From positions 69,850 through 133,849 of the IMG/VR virus record IMGVR_UViG_3300014043_000003: a stretch of 64,000 nucleotides of DNA; one strand, 5' to 3'. The DNA is from a virus (Duplodnaviria; Heunggongvirae; Uroviricota; Caudoviricetes). The notes under the pieces are model-generated. The model was not told where the DNA came from and did not search any database. It saw only the letters and a list, made by a program, of their open reading frames with translations. Shown one piece after another: positions 39,663-49,387 of the stretch; position 1 is the stretch's first letter; every line of letters starts with the position of its first letter. The position numbers and the translations under genes were made by a program.

Positions 39663-40658
39663 TCAGAGCTGCTTAAACTTGTTTTGGAGAAGCTCTTTTG
39701 CCACATCCAGATCGAAGACCGGAGCCGCTGTACACCTACAGCCGAAGTCCTCTCCCGGATTGCAGTATCTTCCCGTGTAGACGATTCCCCTTGATTTGGT
39801 CATGTACCACATGGGAGGAGGCTCACTCCACTTGTGGATCGTACCGTGGAGCGCCCTGTGACAATCTCGAACGAGACTGTCGCGCTTGGTGATCCACTTG
39901 TACTTTCCGACGCCGGCGCTCTCGTGCTCATGCCGTGTCATCTGCGCATTGAGCGTGCCGAGCTGATCTCTGGCGATCATCTTGGCCTTTGACTTTGTGA
40001 GGCCAACGAGTTTCTCCAGCCGGCGGTAAACATTGACTTTGGGCTGCTTGGTCTCGTAGCCCCAACGAATAATATTTTCAACCTCTCCCAGATACTCATC
40101 GGGGATGGAGGTGATCTTGCTTACATTCTCGTGGACCCATGCTTTCACCATATCCTGCATGTCGTCCACATAGGCCTCTGTACTGATCTCAAGGCCCGTG
40201 GCATCCTTCACGAGGAGGCCCCAATCTTTGGCCGAGTGATTCAAGGCCATGTTGCCGGCCTGCAGGGACTTCTTCTCCAAGTCACGCATGGCCCCGGTCC
40301 TTCGGCTGATCCTCTCGGCGGCCCTGTACCGGGCGCCTCTCAGTGAGCTGGCGAAGTCTCCGGCATCGTCCTGCCGGTAGCCCTCCCTTATGTCAAACCA
40401 CTTCATCATCTCATTGATGAAGGGATTCGTTGCGGATATGACAGCTTCGGTGTAGGCCAGACTTGCCCTCATATTCTCGCGCTCAGCCGAAATAGGATAT
40501 ACGGGCCTGCGCCGGGGCACGACCTCACTGCCAACCTGCTTCTTTCGGCGGCGCTGTCCGTTTCCGGATTGATCGGTCGTAGATTCTGCAGCTCTTCTGG
40601 TCTTGATGAGACGACCATACATGCTGTATCCGCCGCTGTTCGTCCGCTGATCCGTCAT
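39663..40658 (-). CDS. MuF (SPP1 gp7-like) head morphogenesis protein, no C-terminal toxin
   Basis: IARDQ...LN...KYKW.T..D..VR..H..LHG...PGEDFGCRC. Confidence 0.9.
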   Translation of the reverse strand: MTDQRTNSGGYSMYGRLIKTRRAAESTTDQSGNGQRRRKKQVGSEVVPRRRPVYPISAERENMRASLAYTEAVISATNPFINEMMKWFDIREGYRQDDAGDFASSLRGARYRAAERISRRTGAMRDLEKKSLQAGNMALNHSAKDWGLLVKDATGLEISTEAYVDDMQDMVKAWVHENVSKITSIPDEYLGEVENIIRWGYETKQPKVNVYRRLEKLVGLTKSKAKMIARDQLGTLNAQMTRHEHESAGVGKYKWITKRDSLVRDCHRALHGTIHKWSEPPPMWYMTKSRGIVYTGRYCNPGEDFGCRCTAAPVFDLDVAKELLQNKFKQL

Positions 40659-41560
40659 TTTCTCTTTGTCTCTTCCTTGATCGTGGGAGAAGCATAGCCC
40701 TTCACATCTTTGGAAATGCGAAGGTCCTCCGACTTACAGCCGATCTTCTCCGAGTAGCGTTTTGCCTCCTCCACAGTGGAAAACCACTTGAGGACGGTGC
40801 GATGTCCAGCGAAGTCCTTGCCCGTGATGGAGAATCCACGGCGGGCATAGAGATCGCCGCCCCGGTGGGTGCGAGTCCCAAGAACGATGTCGGTATACCG
40901 TCTTTCTCCCACCTTGGCAACAGTCCTCGGCAGGTCCATCTTCTGGGGATTCACTATTTCGCCCGTATCGGGGTCCTGGAAGTGCCTCACGCCGTTTTCA
41001 CGCAGGCAGGAGTACATCTCCTCCTTTGTGAGAAAGCTGCTGTATTTGGCCCCTGTGTAGCGTTTGGTGACGCCCTTCACCGGCTCATACTCGAAATCTC
41101 CCAGCAGCTCATACTCTCCGTTGGAGGCTTTGCGCGCCTTCAGATTGCTGTAGACAGTGCCCGACGAGGATCTGACAGTGCCGCTTTTCTGCTGCTGTCT
41201 TTTCTCCCCAAGCTTCCTATACTCTCCCGCGGGACTTACGCCCTTTTCGGCCAGAGCGTCCCAGGCATCCCGTGGCCGCCAGCTACTATCTATGTCTATG
41301 CCATACCTTTTGCAAAGGCCAAAGGGCAAGCGTGTGTTTCCATGGCCTCCAGATCCACCCGATGCAGGAGGGGGATTGTTCGGCCCGTTGTTCTCTTCGG
41401 CCGCGGGCTCGGCATCACCCCTCTGGTGGAGGCGCGCATTGAGCCGGGCCTGACGTCTTTTCCTGTATTCCGCAACGGCAACAGTGTCAACTATCATGGG
41501 GGCTCGTGCACCTCCTTCCTGCCTTTTCGTGTATAGTAAAAAAACCGCCCTGTCCATCAC
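40655..41560 (-). CDS. Leader-bearing protein, paralogue of the N-terminal part of 45638-49387
   Basis: YRKRRQARLNAR; GGHGNTRLPFGLC...WRPRDAWDAL; F.DPDTGE.VNPQ.M.LP. Confidence 0.7.
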   Translation of the reverse strand: MMDRAVFLLYTKRQEGGARAPMIVDTVAVAEYRKRRQARLNARLHQRGDAEPAAEENNGPNNPPPASGGSGGHGNTRLPFGLCKRYGIDIDSSWRPRDAWDALAEKGVSPAGEYRKLGEKRQQQKSGTVRSSSGTVYSNLKARKASNGEYELLGDFEYEPVKGVTKRYTGAKYSSFLTKEEMYSCLRENGVRHFQDPDTGEIVNPQKMDLPRTVAKVGERRYTDIVLGTRTHRGGDLYARRGFSITGKDFAGHRTVLKWFSTVEEAKRYSEKIGCKSEDLRISKDVKGYASPTIKEETKRK

Positions 41561-41610
41561 ATCAGTGTGTGGTACAGAACGGTTCTTAATTTTTTTGATT
41601 TTACGATGGA

Positions 41611-41784
41611 TTATGCTTGCGTGTCTCCATCCTCCACGACCTCAAAGGCCGCCGGATCGTAGAGATAATCTTCACCGGTTTCGTCTATCACGCGCCAAAG
41701 CCCGTGGGACTCTCCGATCTTCTCATAAACCTTGCCATTGATGAAGCTCAGCGGATCGCTCTTACCAGTATATTTGACTTTCAT
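41611..41784 (-). CDS. 57-aa partner (putative antitoxin) of 41762-42565
   Basis: MKVKYTG.SDPL...GKVYE...WRVIDETGEDYLY..F; overlaps the upstream stop. Confidence 0.65.
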   Translation of the reverse strand: MKVKYTGKSDPLSFINGKVYEKIGESHGLWRVIDETGEDYLYDPAAFEVVEDGDTQA

Positions 41785-42565
41785 CCATATCCTCCAGGAA
41801 GTACTTGATCTTCCACTCCAACTGTCCTGCTTCCGGGCTCTCAAACCAATGCAGATCAGCTTTCCTTTGAACGCCGTCCTTCCCGACCACAGTCCCGATA
41901 CCTTTCACATGCTTCCAGGAGGCAGCAGCGCCGCCCACCTGATCAGCTAACCCGTTCGCCGCGTCAAGGCCTCTTCCGACGCCATCGGCAGCAAAGATAG
42001 TCAAATGCTCGATCTCGCCACGACATATCTTGTAGCCTGTCCCCGTCCCGTCTGAGACGGGGATCTGGCTTGTGACCTTCATCGTGTCCTCATCGTGATT
42101 AAAATGAGTGATCGTCCTGCCGTACTTGTCCTTCGACATAGTGTTGGCATTATCGAACGTCACCTTGTCCTCGCAGACCATGTCCCCTTTGCGGGGATGC
42201 TCCGCCCGGACCTTGATCTTGGCCCTACGCTTTTCAGCTTCGGCCTTTTTCTCGCTCTCCTCCGCTTCCTTGCGGTCGATCGCGCCTTTGATGGATTCGA
42301 GTACATGGGGATTTCCCTTGTCGGGATCTCCTTCTTCGCCAATGTGAATCTTGTGGCCGTTCTCGGTCGTGATCCACGCATCCCGGAACGCCTCAAACAT
42401 GCCATCCTCACGGCTCTCACGGTTCAAGGCTTCCCCACACTCGCTCAGCTTCCGGCTGAGTTTGGCTGCGTACTCTGTCCAGCCCTTCTCGGGGAGAACG
42501 ACGCCGAGCTCCTTCGCAAGAGCTATAATGCTGTCTAACTGACTTTCAGTCGCTTTGCTCAGCAT
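41762..42565 (-). CDS. Leader-bearing protein with C-terminal putative toxin domain
   Basis: WITTENGHKIHIGEEGDPDKGNPHVL module; C-terminal GG...WKHVKG...ADLHWFE...E.KIK. Confidence 0.65.
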   Translation of the reverse strand: MLSKATESQLDSIIALAKELGVVLPEKGWTEYAAKLSRKLSECGEALNRESREDGMFEAFRDAWITTENGHKIHIGEEGDPDKGNPHVLESIKGAIDRKEAEESEKKAEAEKRRAKIKVRAEHPRKGDMVCEDKVTFDNANTMSKDKYGRTITHFNHDEDTMKVTSQIPVSDGTGTGYKICRGEIEHLTIFAADGVGRGLDAANGLADQVGGAAASWKHVKGIGTVVGKDGVQRKADLHWFESPEAGQLEWKIKYFLEDMDESQIYW

Positions 42566-42583
42566 GTCTTCCCCTCGCTTTAT

Positions 42584-42612
42584 ATTATATGCTTATTTGC
42601 CGCTGTTGTCAA
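42584..42612 (-). promoter_or_regulatory. Consensus sigma70/sigmaA promoter
   Basis: TTGACA-17 nt-TATAAT preceded by GTTGCAAAAACAG. Confidence 0.85.
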
Positions 42613-42637
42613 CTGTTTTTGCAACAATCGGTAATAA

Positions 42638-44959
42638 TTAAAGATCCTTTGCGGCTTCCTCCGCCGTTACGACGTAGGGATTGCCGTCTTCATCCTCTCG
42701 GTAGACCTCTTGGAGCATAATGATAAGGCTGTCCTTGAATGGCTTGAACAGCTTTTCGGGCATGAGGCTCAATGTTGCGAGATCCCTCCAGACAGGCTCG
42801 CGCATCTCCTCATCATCGCACTTGGGTTCCCCGTAGTATTCGGTAGCCACAAAGATGTGAGACTGTTTTACATTGGGGTCCTTGTCAGCAACGACGCCCA
42901 GCTCCTTCAGGTTGATTGGCTCGATACCGAACTCTTCTATGCTTTCTCTGACAGCGGCTTCCTCCGGGGTCTCCATGTCCTCGATGTGGCCGCCGGGGCC
43001 GCAGATGAGTCCATATCCGCCGGCATCACCGGCAATGCGTGTTCCCGTGAGGATCTTATCCCCATGCAGGATCAGAACGCCGACACCGCCGTTTGGCTCT
43101 CTCTCAACGCCTTTGACTTCGAGGCGGTCCCAAATGCTGACCTGCTTTTCCTCTTCGTCCGGTGCCTGTTCCGCGTCCTCAGAGACGGCCAAATCAGAAT
43201 CCTTATTGACCTTCTCCTCTACGTCCTTATCCATGTCCTGGGGGAGTTTGGTAGCTTCTGGCGCCGCTTCCGGGGCCTTGCTGCCCTCCACCTTGTCTTC
43301 CTTTTCCTTTACCTGTGCGGGTGTTGGAGGCTTTTTCCCCTTTTCGGGCACTGGGGGCTGCTGCGGAGCTTGCCCGCCGCCCATCATCTGTTCCATGGGA
43401 TTGCCACCGCCGCCCATCATGGCGGCCATCGGATCTTCCCCGCCTCCGCCGCCTTGCTGCTGCTTCGGTGAGTTTTCCTCAAGCTCCTCTTCGGTATATT
43501 CGTCGAGCATGGTATCAATGTCGAACTCTTCGTCACTGGCATACTCACGTCTGGCCTCATCCGGATCAAGGACCTGGTTCTGAATCAGAGTGGCTATCGT
43601 CTGTGCCTTGCTGGACTCCACCTGAGCCTTCTGCAGGTCAAGGGCAACCTTCTCCTGTTCAGTCATGGACCAAATGCTGTTGAATTCGACCTTGATCTTC
43701 GGGACGTCCTTGATCTCTCCCGTATGCTTTCCGGCCTGGCAGATCACAGAGATCAGATACCGAAGGTTGCTTCTCAGCATGCGCTTCTGTATCCTCTCCA
43801 CGTAGTTGTAGTAGTTCTCCAGATCGGAAGAGCCTGTGGCGTTCATACCGGCCGGGGATCTTCCGAAAAGGATCGTCTGCGGGATATTCGTCAAAGCAGA
43901 CAGATAATTGCAGGTTGTATTGATAACGTCGGACACGCCGGCATAGGAGAAGCTCTTAAAGTCGTAATCCTCGCCGTCGGCGTCAAGCACCATGCTATTG
44001 AGCAGGCCCCTTGCCATGTCCACAACCTGGAGGCGTTTCAACACGATATCCTCTCCGGCATCAGTGCCAAGCAATGCCGAGAGATTTTTCATCTTGTACA
44101 CTGCCTGTACAGAACGATCAAGCATCTTCGGGGCCATCCCATGTGCGACTTCCACATCACGGATCGCCCGGCTGATCCTCACATACTCGGGGATTCCCCA
44201 GAACTGGTATTGCGAGGTAGCGGTCATCTCCGGCAGCACGCCGTTTTGGAAGATCAGGCATCTTGTCTCATGCACGGTGAAGTTTCCGATTCTGCCTGAA
44301 ACAAAGAAGCGCTCAGGATATCCGAGTCGGCTGCCTCTCGTTCTGAAAGGATCTTGCCCCTCCTGATTATCATACTCGTACATGCTCTGATAGTCAGGGG
44401 TAACGATGGATCTGTCAAAGAGCCGGATATCATCAATGGACTTGATGTGCTTCCAGTCCACAGGCTCCTCAAGGCCGCGGCCATCGTTGATGAGCATAAC
44501 CGCGATAGAGCCTCCGAAGAGTCTGGCCCATTTGAGGGATTGCATGGCCGTCTCTTCCCAGTCGAGCTCGTCAAGGCACTCTTGTACGAATGTGCTGACT
44601 TTCTCATCCGCCACATCTTTCATCTCAAAGCCGTGCTTGACAGCTTCTTCCGCCGGGGCATCTATGATACGTGCGAAAAGGCCGTTCTGCTCGTAGAACT
44701 GAGACATTTCCATGTCAGATACTTCAGCGTCCGACACGTAAACGTATGCCTCACTCGAATCGCGGGAGGTGCCGTACTTTGTGAGCATGTTCTGGTAGCT
44801 GTCACTTCTGTAGGCCCTGGGTGTCGGTCTTACAGCCTGTACCCCCGTATACTTTGACATGAGCCGCGCCGTTCCGTCGGCAAAGTCCTGATAGATTTGA
44901 GGATTGATCTCCATCCCTTCTTTTTTCTTCTTCACCGACTCACCCGCCTTCCTCGCCAT
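42638..44959 (-). CDS. Portal protein (DUF1073 family) with C-terminal NUDIX hydrolase
   Basis: ARIID.PAEEA..HGF, WARLFGGS, IPQT.LFG.SP.G.NATG.SD.ENYY; NUDIX box GGHIEDMETPEEAAVRESIEEFG. Confidence 0.88.
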   Translation of the reverse strand: MARKAGESVKKKKEGMEINPQIYQDFADGTARLMSKYTGVQAVRPTPRAYRSDSYQNMLTKYGTSRDSSEAYVYVSDAEVSDMEMSQFYEQNGLFARIIDAPAEEAVKHGFEMKDVADEKVSTFVQECLDELDWEETAMQSLKWARLFGGSIAVMLINDGRGLEEPVDWKHIKSIDDIRLFDRSIVTPDYQSMYEYDNQEGQDPFRTRGSRLGYPERFFVSGRIGNFTVHETRCLIFQNGVLPEMTATSQYQFWGIPEYVRISRAIRDVEVAHGMAPKMLDRSVQAVYKMKNLSALLGTDAGEDIVLKRLQVVDMARGLLNSMVLDADGEDYDFKSFSYAGVSDVINTTCNYLSALTNIPQTILFGRSPAGMNATGSSDLENYYNYVERIQKRMLRSNLRYLISVICQAGKHTGEIKDVPKIKVEFNSIWSMTEQEKVALDLQKAQVESSKAQTIATLIQNQVLDPDEARREYASDEEFDIDTMLDEYTEEELEENSPKQQQGGGGGEDPMAAMMGGGGNPMEQMMGGGQAPQQPPVPEKGKKPPTPAQVKEKEDKVEGSKAPEAAPEATKLPQDMDKDVEEKVNKDSDLAVSEDAEQAPDEEEKQVSIWDRLEVKGVEREPNGGVGVLILHGDKILTGTRIAGDAGGYGLICGPGGHIEDMETPEEAAVRESIEEFGIEPINLKELGVVADKDPNVKQSHIFVATEYYGEPKCDDEEMREPVWRDLATLSLMPEKLFKPFKDSLIIMLQEVYREDEDGNPYVVTAEEAAKDL

Positions 44960-45151
44960 GGTTTTAAAGCACGAAAGGGCCCGGCAAATCTGCCGAGCCC
45001 CCTAAATATCTCATTGTGCATAATAAAAAGCCGCGCCTTTCTGACGCGGTCCACATACACTTATTCCGATTATAGCAATTATACCACTTTATGGTGACAC
45101 TTTGATGAACAATCTGTTAAATATCTGCCATGTGGCACTTAAAAATGCTTC

Positions 45152-45529
45152 TCATCCTTCGTCTTCATCGTCTTCCTCCCAGTTCCAGACGTCGCCTTCG
45201 CCCATTTCCTCCAGAACATCGTCAAGCTCATCCAGATCGCTTTCGACATCACGGCGGAACTCCTCATTGTTCTGATACAGTTCATTGAGCTCGTTGAGAC
45301 GGCTTACAACATCGGACTTGTTCTTGGATATGATGGACAGGCACTTGCTTTCTCTGGGATCGCTGCTGCATTTGGTGAAGTGCCACGCAAAGCGCCCAAG
45401 GGGATTTGACCAGTTTGACGTGACCTCCACGCGCTCCTGGCCGCTGTCCTCATCGTAGAAGACGATGATATATTTGCCTCTCTCATACTCGAAGACAAGG
45501 CTCTCCTCGATCTTCCCCAACAGTTTCAT
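45152..45529 (-). CDS. Acidic partner (putative immunity) of 45638-49387
   Basis: Start MKLLGK with GGAGG; own promoter; acidic tail. Confidence 0.55.
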   Translation of the reverse strand: MKLLGKIEESLVFEYERGKYIIVFYDEDSGQERVEVTSNWSNPLGRFAWHFTKCSSDPRESKCLSIISKNKSDVVSRLNELNELYQNNEEFRRDVESDLDELDDVLEEMGEGDVWNWEEDDEDEG

Positions 45530-45569
45530 GCTGCGTTTTCCTCCCAAGTACGTATTTTTTCTTACTTTT

Positions 45570-45599
45570 ATTATACCGCACATAGTATAGTGCGGTCAA
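45570..45599 (-). promoter_or_regulatory. Sigma70/sigmaA-like promoter with palindromic spacer
   Basis: TTGACC-18 nt-TATAAT; spacer region CCGCAC...GTGCGG; upstream GTTGCAAAAATAG. Confidence 0.7.
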
Positions 45600-45637
45600 C
45601 TATTTTTGCAACATTTAGTGGTTTTTATTGTCACTAT

Positions 45638-48600
45638 TTATATTTCGAAGTCTCCGGGATACATACGCTTGAGATAGTCCCACGCATCCTCGAAGGGAGA
45701 CCACCTGTCATTTCGGTAGAGGATGGACACCCCATTGTCCACCAGCTTCTTGATAACGGTCTTTCTCCGATTCTCGCTCATCTTGCCGAAGGCATGATCA
45801 AGGTCGGACTTGGTGCGGAACGTCACCTTCTCGATATCCTCGACCGTGACATCACCATTGTACTGCAGCTCGATGTAGCTGTTGTTCAGCTTGCTCTTCA
45901 CACGCTTGAACATCTCTGTGTAGCTGATCGTCCCATCCTTGTACTGCTGATAGATGGAGAGCATTTCCCTCACAGTTCTGATGTTGCCGACAGCGGTGAG
46001 GCCTTCGATGGTGGGCTTATCGCTGCAATAGCCGGCGGACTTGAGGTAGCCGTAGGAGTAGGTGTTGAGGGAGTCGCCCATCGTATAGGAGACACGGTCC
46101 TTCATTCTGTCCTTGCGGAAGGTGTAGACGCAGGGGCTATATCCGCCATAGCCGGGGAGACCGCCGTCGTCGTAGTCCTCCTTATCGTCGGCAAGGCCGA
46201 GGTAGCCGCATTTCTCATACTCTGTATCGCCTATGGACTTTCCATGGCCGTACATCTGATCGGAGCATGCCATACGCTTGGACTTGTTCTTGGCCGCGCC
46301 GTAGCCGCCCTTGCCGGTCTCAATCTGACTCTTATATCCGTTCTCGATGATCCCGCCAAAGCTGTCCGTGCTTCTCTCACAGCGGAGGGCTCCCGTAGTG
46401 AAGATCTCGGCCAGCATATTTGCTGCCGTGGTCTTCTCCTCACTGGTCATATCATCAATGAAGCTGCCCTCTATGGCCTGCATGCGGTGGGTATCGAAAT
46501 TGGTCATGGATTTGGCCGTATGCGCGCGTGGAACATCGTCGTTGGGATTCATGCCCCTTGTCTTGATGGAGCCTTCGTCTATGTTGTTGCCGGAAAGCCA
46601 CTCGCGGGCCTCGTTCTCCGTGGCACAGGTATGGACCTCCGCGTGGGTCCCTCGGCTGTCCGTATCCGCATAGATCTTGAAGTTGCCGTCCTGGGAGCGC
46701 ATCAGGAGAACGTGACGCATGCCATCCGTGGGCCTGCCGAAGGCTTTGCCGTTGTTGCCCACAGTCTGGTAGTCACGGACGCCTCTATCTTCCATCTCCC
46801 CGATGGCATCATCCCATGTATCGACCTTCTTGATCTCCACATCGTTGCCGTCCTGATCCTTGCCCATGATGGACCACTTGCCGTCTCTCTTCTCTGCCCT
46901 GATGTTTTTGAAGGCCTTACCATCTACGTCGAAGTCGTAGTAGTCGCCGCTGGCGATGGCGAACCGGGCCTTGGTGAGCTCCTTGTCCCTCTCTTTCATG
47001 GCCTCGGTCTTCCCCAAACTCTCCATCGTCACGGCCCCGCCCGTCAAAGTAGCGAGATCGTCTGAAAGAAGGGAGGCGCTCTTGGCGGTCATGATGCTCT
47101 TCCTTACGCCCTTCTTATCTGTGCCCCTTATGACGTAATGGCCGTCCTCCGGTGAGTAGTCAAGCTCAATATCCAGATAGCGCTCGTCACCAAAGGGCTT
47201 TGACTTGCTCTCAAACTCTGCTGTGGCCTTCTTATATGCGGCATACTGATCCGCGATCTTGGAGGTGCGGCCTTCCGGGTTTACGCCGAGCCTCCGGGCC
47301 TCCTCCAGCGCATCGTCCAGATCCTTCCCATACGTGATCTCTTCCTTTGAGCCCATCTTGGTATACCCGGTGAGTGCGAATTTGCCAGGGCTGATCTCCT
47401 CGAACTCCACATCGGCGTATTTATAGCCTCCGACGGTGATCGCCTTTTCCTCAAATTCTCTGGACCTGACTTCATACGCCTCGAACTCTTTCCGTATATC
47501 CTCATCATGGATATAGTCACGGACCTCGACGCCGCCATACCGGCGGGCTTCATCCTCGACCGTGCCGAAATCATCGGCCGCGGTGAGGCGGTGTCTTCTC
47601 CCATACTTGTCGTAGCCGATCAGGCGGAAATCCGAGCCTTCGCGGACAAGCTCTATGTCGGCATACTCCTTGCCCTTGTAGGGGACCTTCTTGGCCTCAA
47701 ACTCCGCTTTGAACCGTGTGAGTTTGTCGTACTCCTCCCTGATGCTGCTGTCCTTTATGATATCGTTTGGGTTGAGGCCATAGCCGGTACTCGGGTCGAT
47801 GCAGACATCGTCCACATCGGTCATATCCGACAGGCGACTGATCACACACTCTCTCCCATGCTCATCATAGCCATAAAGGATATAGGGATAGGTCCCCTCG
47901 CTCCTCCGCAGCTCTACATCCATGTACCGGCCGCCGCCGAAGGAAATAGCCTTGCTCTCGAACTCCTTCCGCCTGCGGTCCTGTTCCTGCTCCTTCTCCA
48001 CTCTCTCGTCTATGTACTTCTGGGTCTCTTCGTCGGCCTCTATGATATCGGGGGAAACGCCGTATTTCTGGGCTATCCTCTCCTTGAACTCATTGAAGGT
48101 CTCGCCCGAATGCGTGTACTCTATCCCGCTTGACTCGCCGTCCAGATCCACGCCGCGGAGATATACGCTGTCTCCATAGCTGTATCTGGTGAAGACGAGC
48201 TTCTGGTAGCTCTTGCCGCCGATGACGGCCACAGTCGGCGGGATCTCCCAGTCCTTGGGATTCAGGGACTCTTTGCCCTCTCTGACCTTCTCGACGCCCT
48301 GATCCTGCAAGAACTTCATCAGCTCGGTCCTTGTGTTAAACTTCTGGGATTTGAAATTGCCGTTTTCGTCCTGGCCGGTAACGGTCCAGCCCATGCCATA
48401 GTCGGCCTTCTTGATGGTAAGGTCGCCATAGCGGACGCCGTCAACGGTCATGTACTCTCTCTTGTCTGAGGTAAGCCAGGAGACGCGCTCCTTCTCCCTC
48501 TTCTTCAAGGATGGGGAGTATTTGACCTTATCCTCGCTGATGCCCTTTTCCTGCATCCACTGCTCAGCATCGGCAAGGCTCCTGAACTCCGCAATAACTC

Positions 48601-49387
48601 TCTTCTTGCCGTCAAGGTCCGTGCCGGTTATGGCATACTTGTCCTTCTTCATGCCTATACCGAGTGCGCTGTAGCCCCTGTCGGAATCCTGGAAGATACG
48701 CTCCGGAAGCTCCATCTCCTGCGGGTTGACCGTCTCCCCGGTATCGGGATCGACAAACTCCTCGACGCCATGCTCCTTCAGGTAGTACATCATGTCGTTC
48801 TTTGTGTAGAAGTACCCGAGATAGCGCATGTAGTATTTGAATTCCTCCGGGGGAACATCCGGCGTTCCCTCCAGACGATACGGCGCTGCTCCTCTTCTTG
48901 CATAGGAGCTGTAGTAGCCCTTGAGGTCGCTGTATGTTCTGTCCTTGGCGGTGAGAGTCTTGACCGGCTCCTTCGGCGGCTCCGGTACAGCCTCCGGCTC
49001 GACCTTCTCCCCGGCCTTCAGCTTGCGGAACACGCCATCAGGCGTGATCCCTTTCCCGGCGAGGGCGTCCCATGCGTCCCTCGGTTTCCAGTCATCGCCG
49101 ATCTCTATTCCAAACTTCTTGCAAAGGCCGAAGGGCAGCTTCGTGTTGCCATGACCGCCGCCGGATGTGGAAGATCCTCCTCCGCCTCTCCGGCCGCCGT
49201 TGTTCTGCTGCTCTTCTTCGCCGCCATCCGCGGGAGCATCACTCCTGTATTGCTCCGTGGTGCTGGGAGGCTCGATCTTCACCTTTGTGACGTCGCCGCC
49301 CATGTGAGTCTGCTTCGGCTTGAGCTTTCTCGCGGCAAGTCTGGCCGCGCGCCTCTTTCTGTATGCGAGAACTGCTGCATCGGTCAT
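45638..49387 (-). CDS. Leader-bearing polyvalent protein, 1249 aa, with tandem repeat domains and C-terminal DUF3626-like (ART-like) domain
   Basis: YRKRRAARLAAR; GGHGNTKLPFGLC...; repeated Y..L...G.D.DG units; EYEKCGY...SYTMGDS...YIELQYNGDV..EDI. Confidence 0.65.
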   Translation of the reverse strand: MTDAAVLAYRKRRAARLAARKLKPKQTHMGGDVTKVKIEPPSTTEQYRSDAPADGGEEEQQNNGGRRGGGGSSTSGGGHGNTKLPFGLCKKFGIEIGDDWKPRDAWDALAGKGITPDGVFRKLKAGEKVEPEAVPEPPKEPVKTLTAKDRTYSDLKGYYSSYARRGAAPYRLEGTPDVPPEEFKYYMRYLGYFYTKNDMMYYLKEHGVEEFVDPDTGETVNPQEMELPERIFQDSDRGYSALGIGMKKDKYAITGTDLDGKKRVIAEFRSLADAEQWMQEKGISEDKVKYSPSLKKREKERVSWLTSDKREYMTVDGVRYGDLTIKKADYGMGWTVTGQDENGNFKSQKFNTRTELMKFLQDQGVEKVREGKESLNPKDWEIPPTVAVIGGKSYQKLVFTRYSYGDSVYLRGVDLDGESSGIEYTHSGETFNEFKERIAQKYGVSPDIIEADEETQKYIDERVEKEQEQDRRRKEFESKAISFGGGRYMDVELRRSEGTYPYILYGYDEHGRECVISRLSDMTDVDDVCIDPSTGYGLNPNDIIKDSSIREEYDKLTRFKAEFEAKKVPYKGKEYADIELVREGSDFRLIGYDKYGRRHRLTAADDFGTVEDEARRYGGVEVRDYIHDEDIRKEFEAYEVRSREFEEKAITVGGYKYADVEFEEISPGKFALTGYTKMGSKEEITYGKDLDDALEEARRLGVNPEGRTSKIADQYAAYKKATAEFESKSKPFGDERYLDIELDYSPEDGHYVIRGTDKKGVRKSIMTAKSASLLSDDLATLTGGAVTMESLGKTEAMKERDKELTKARFAIASGDYYDFDVDGKAFKNIRAEKRDGKWSIMGKDQDGNDVEIKKVDTWDDAIGEMEDRGVRDYQTVGNNGKAFGRPTDGMRHVLLMRSQDGNFKIYADTDSRGTHAEVHTCATENEAREWLSGNNIDEGSIKTRGMNPNDDVPRAHTAKSMTNFDTHRMQAIEGSFIDDMTSEEKTTAANMLAEIFTTGALRCERSTDSFGGIIENGYKSQIETGKGGYGAAKNKSKRMACSDQMYGHGKSIGDTEYEKCGYLGLADDKEDYDDGGLPGYGGYSPCVYTFRKDRMKDRVSYTMGDSLNTYSYGYLKSAGYCSDKPTIEGLTAVGNIRTVREMLSIYQQYKDGTISYTEMFKRVKSKLNNSYIELQYNGDVTVEDIEKVTFRTKSDLDHAFGKMSENRRKTVIKKLVDNGVSILYRNDRWSPFEDAWDYLKRMYPGDFEI

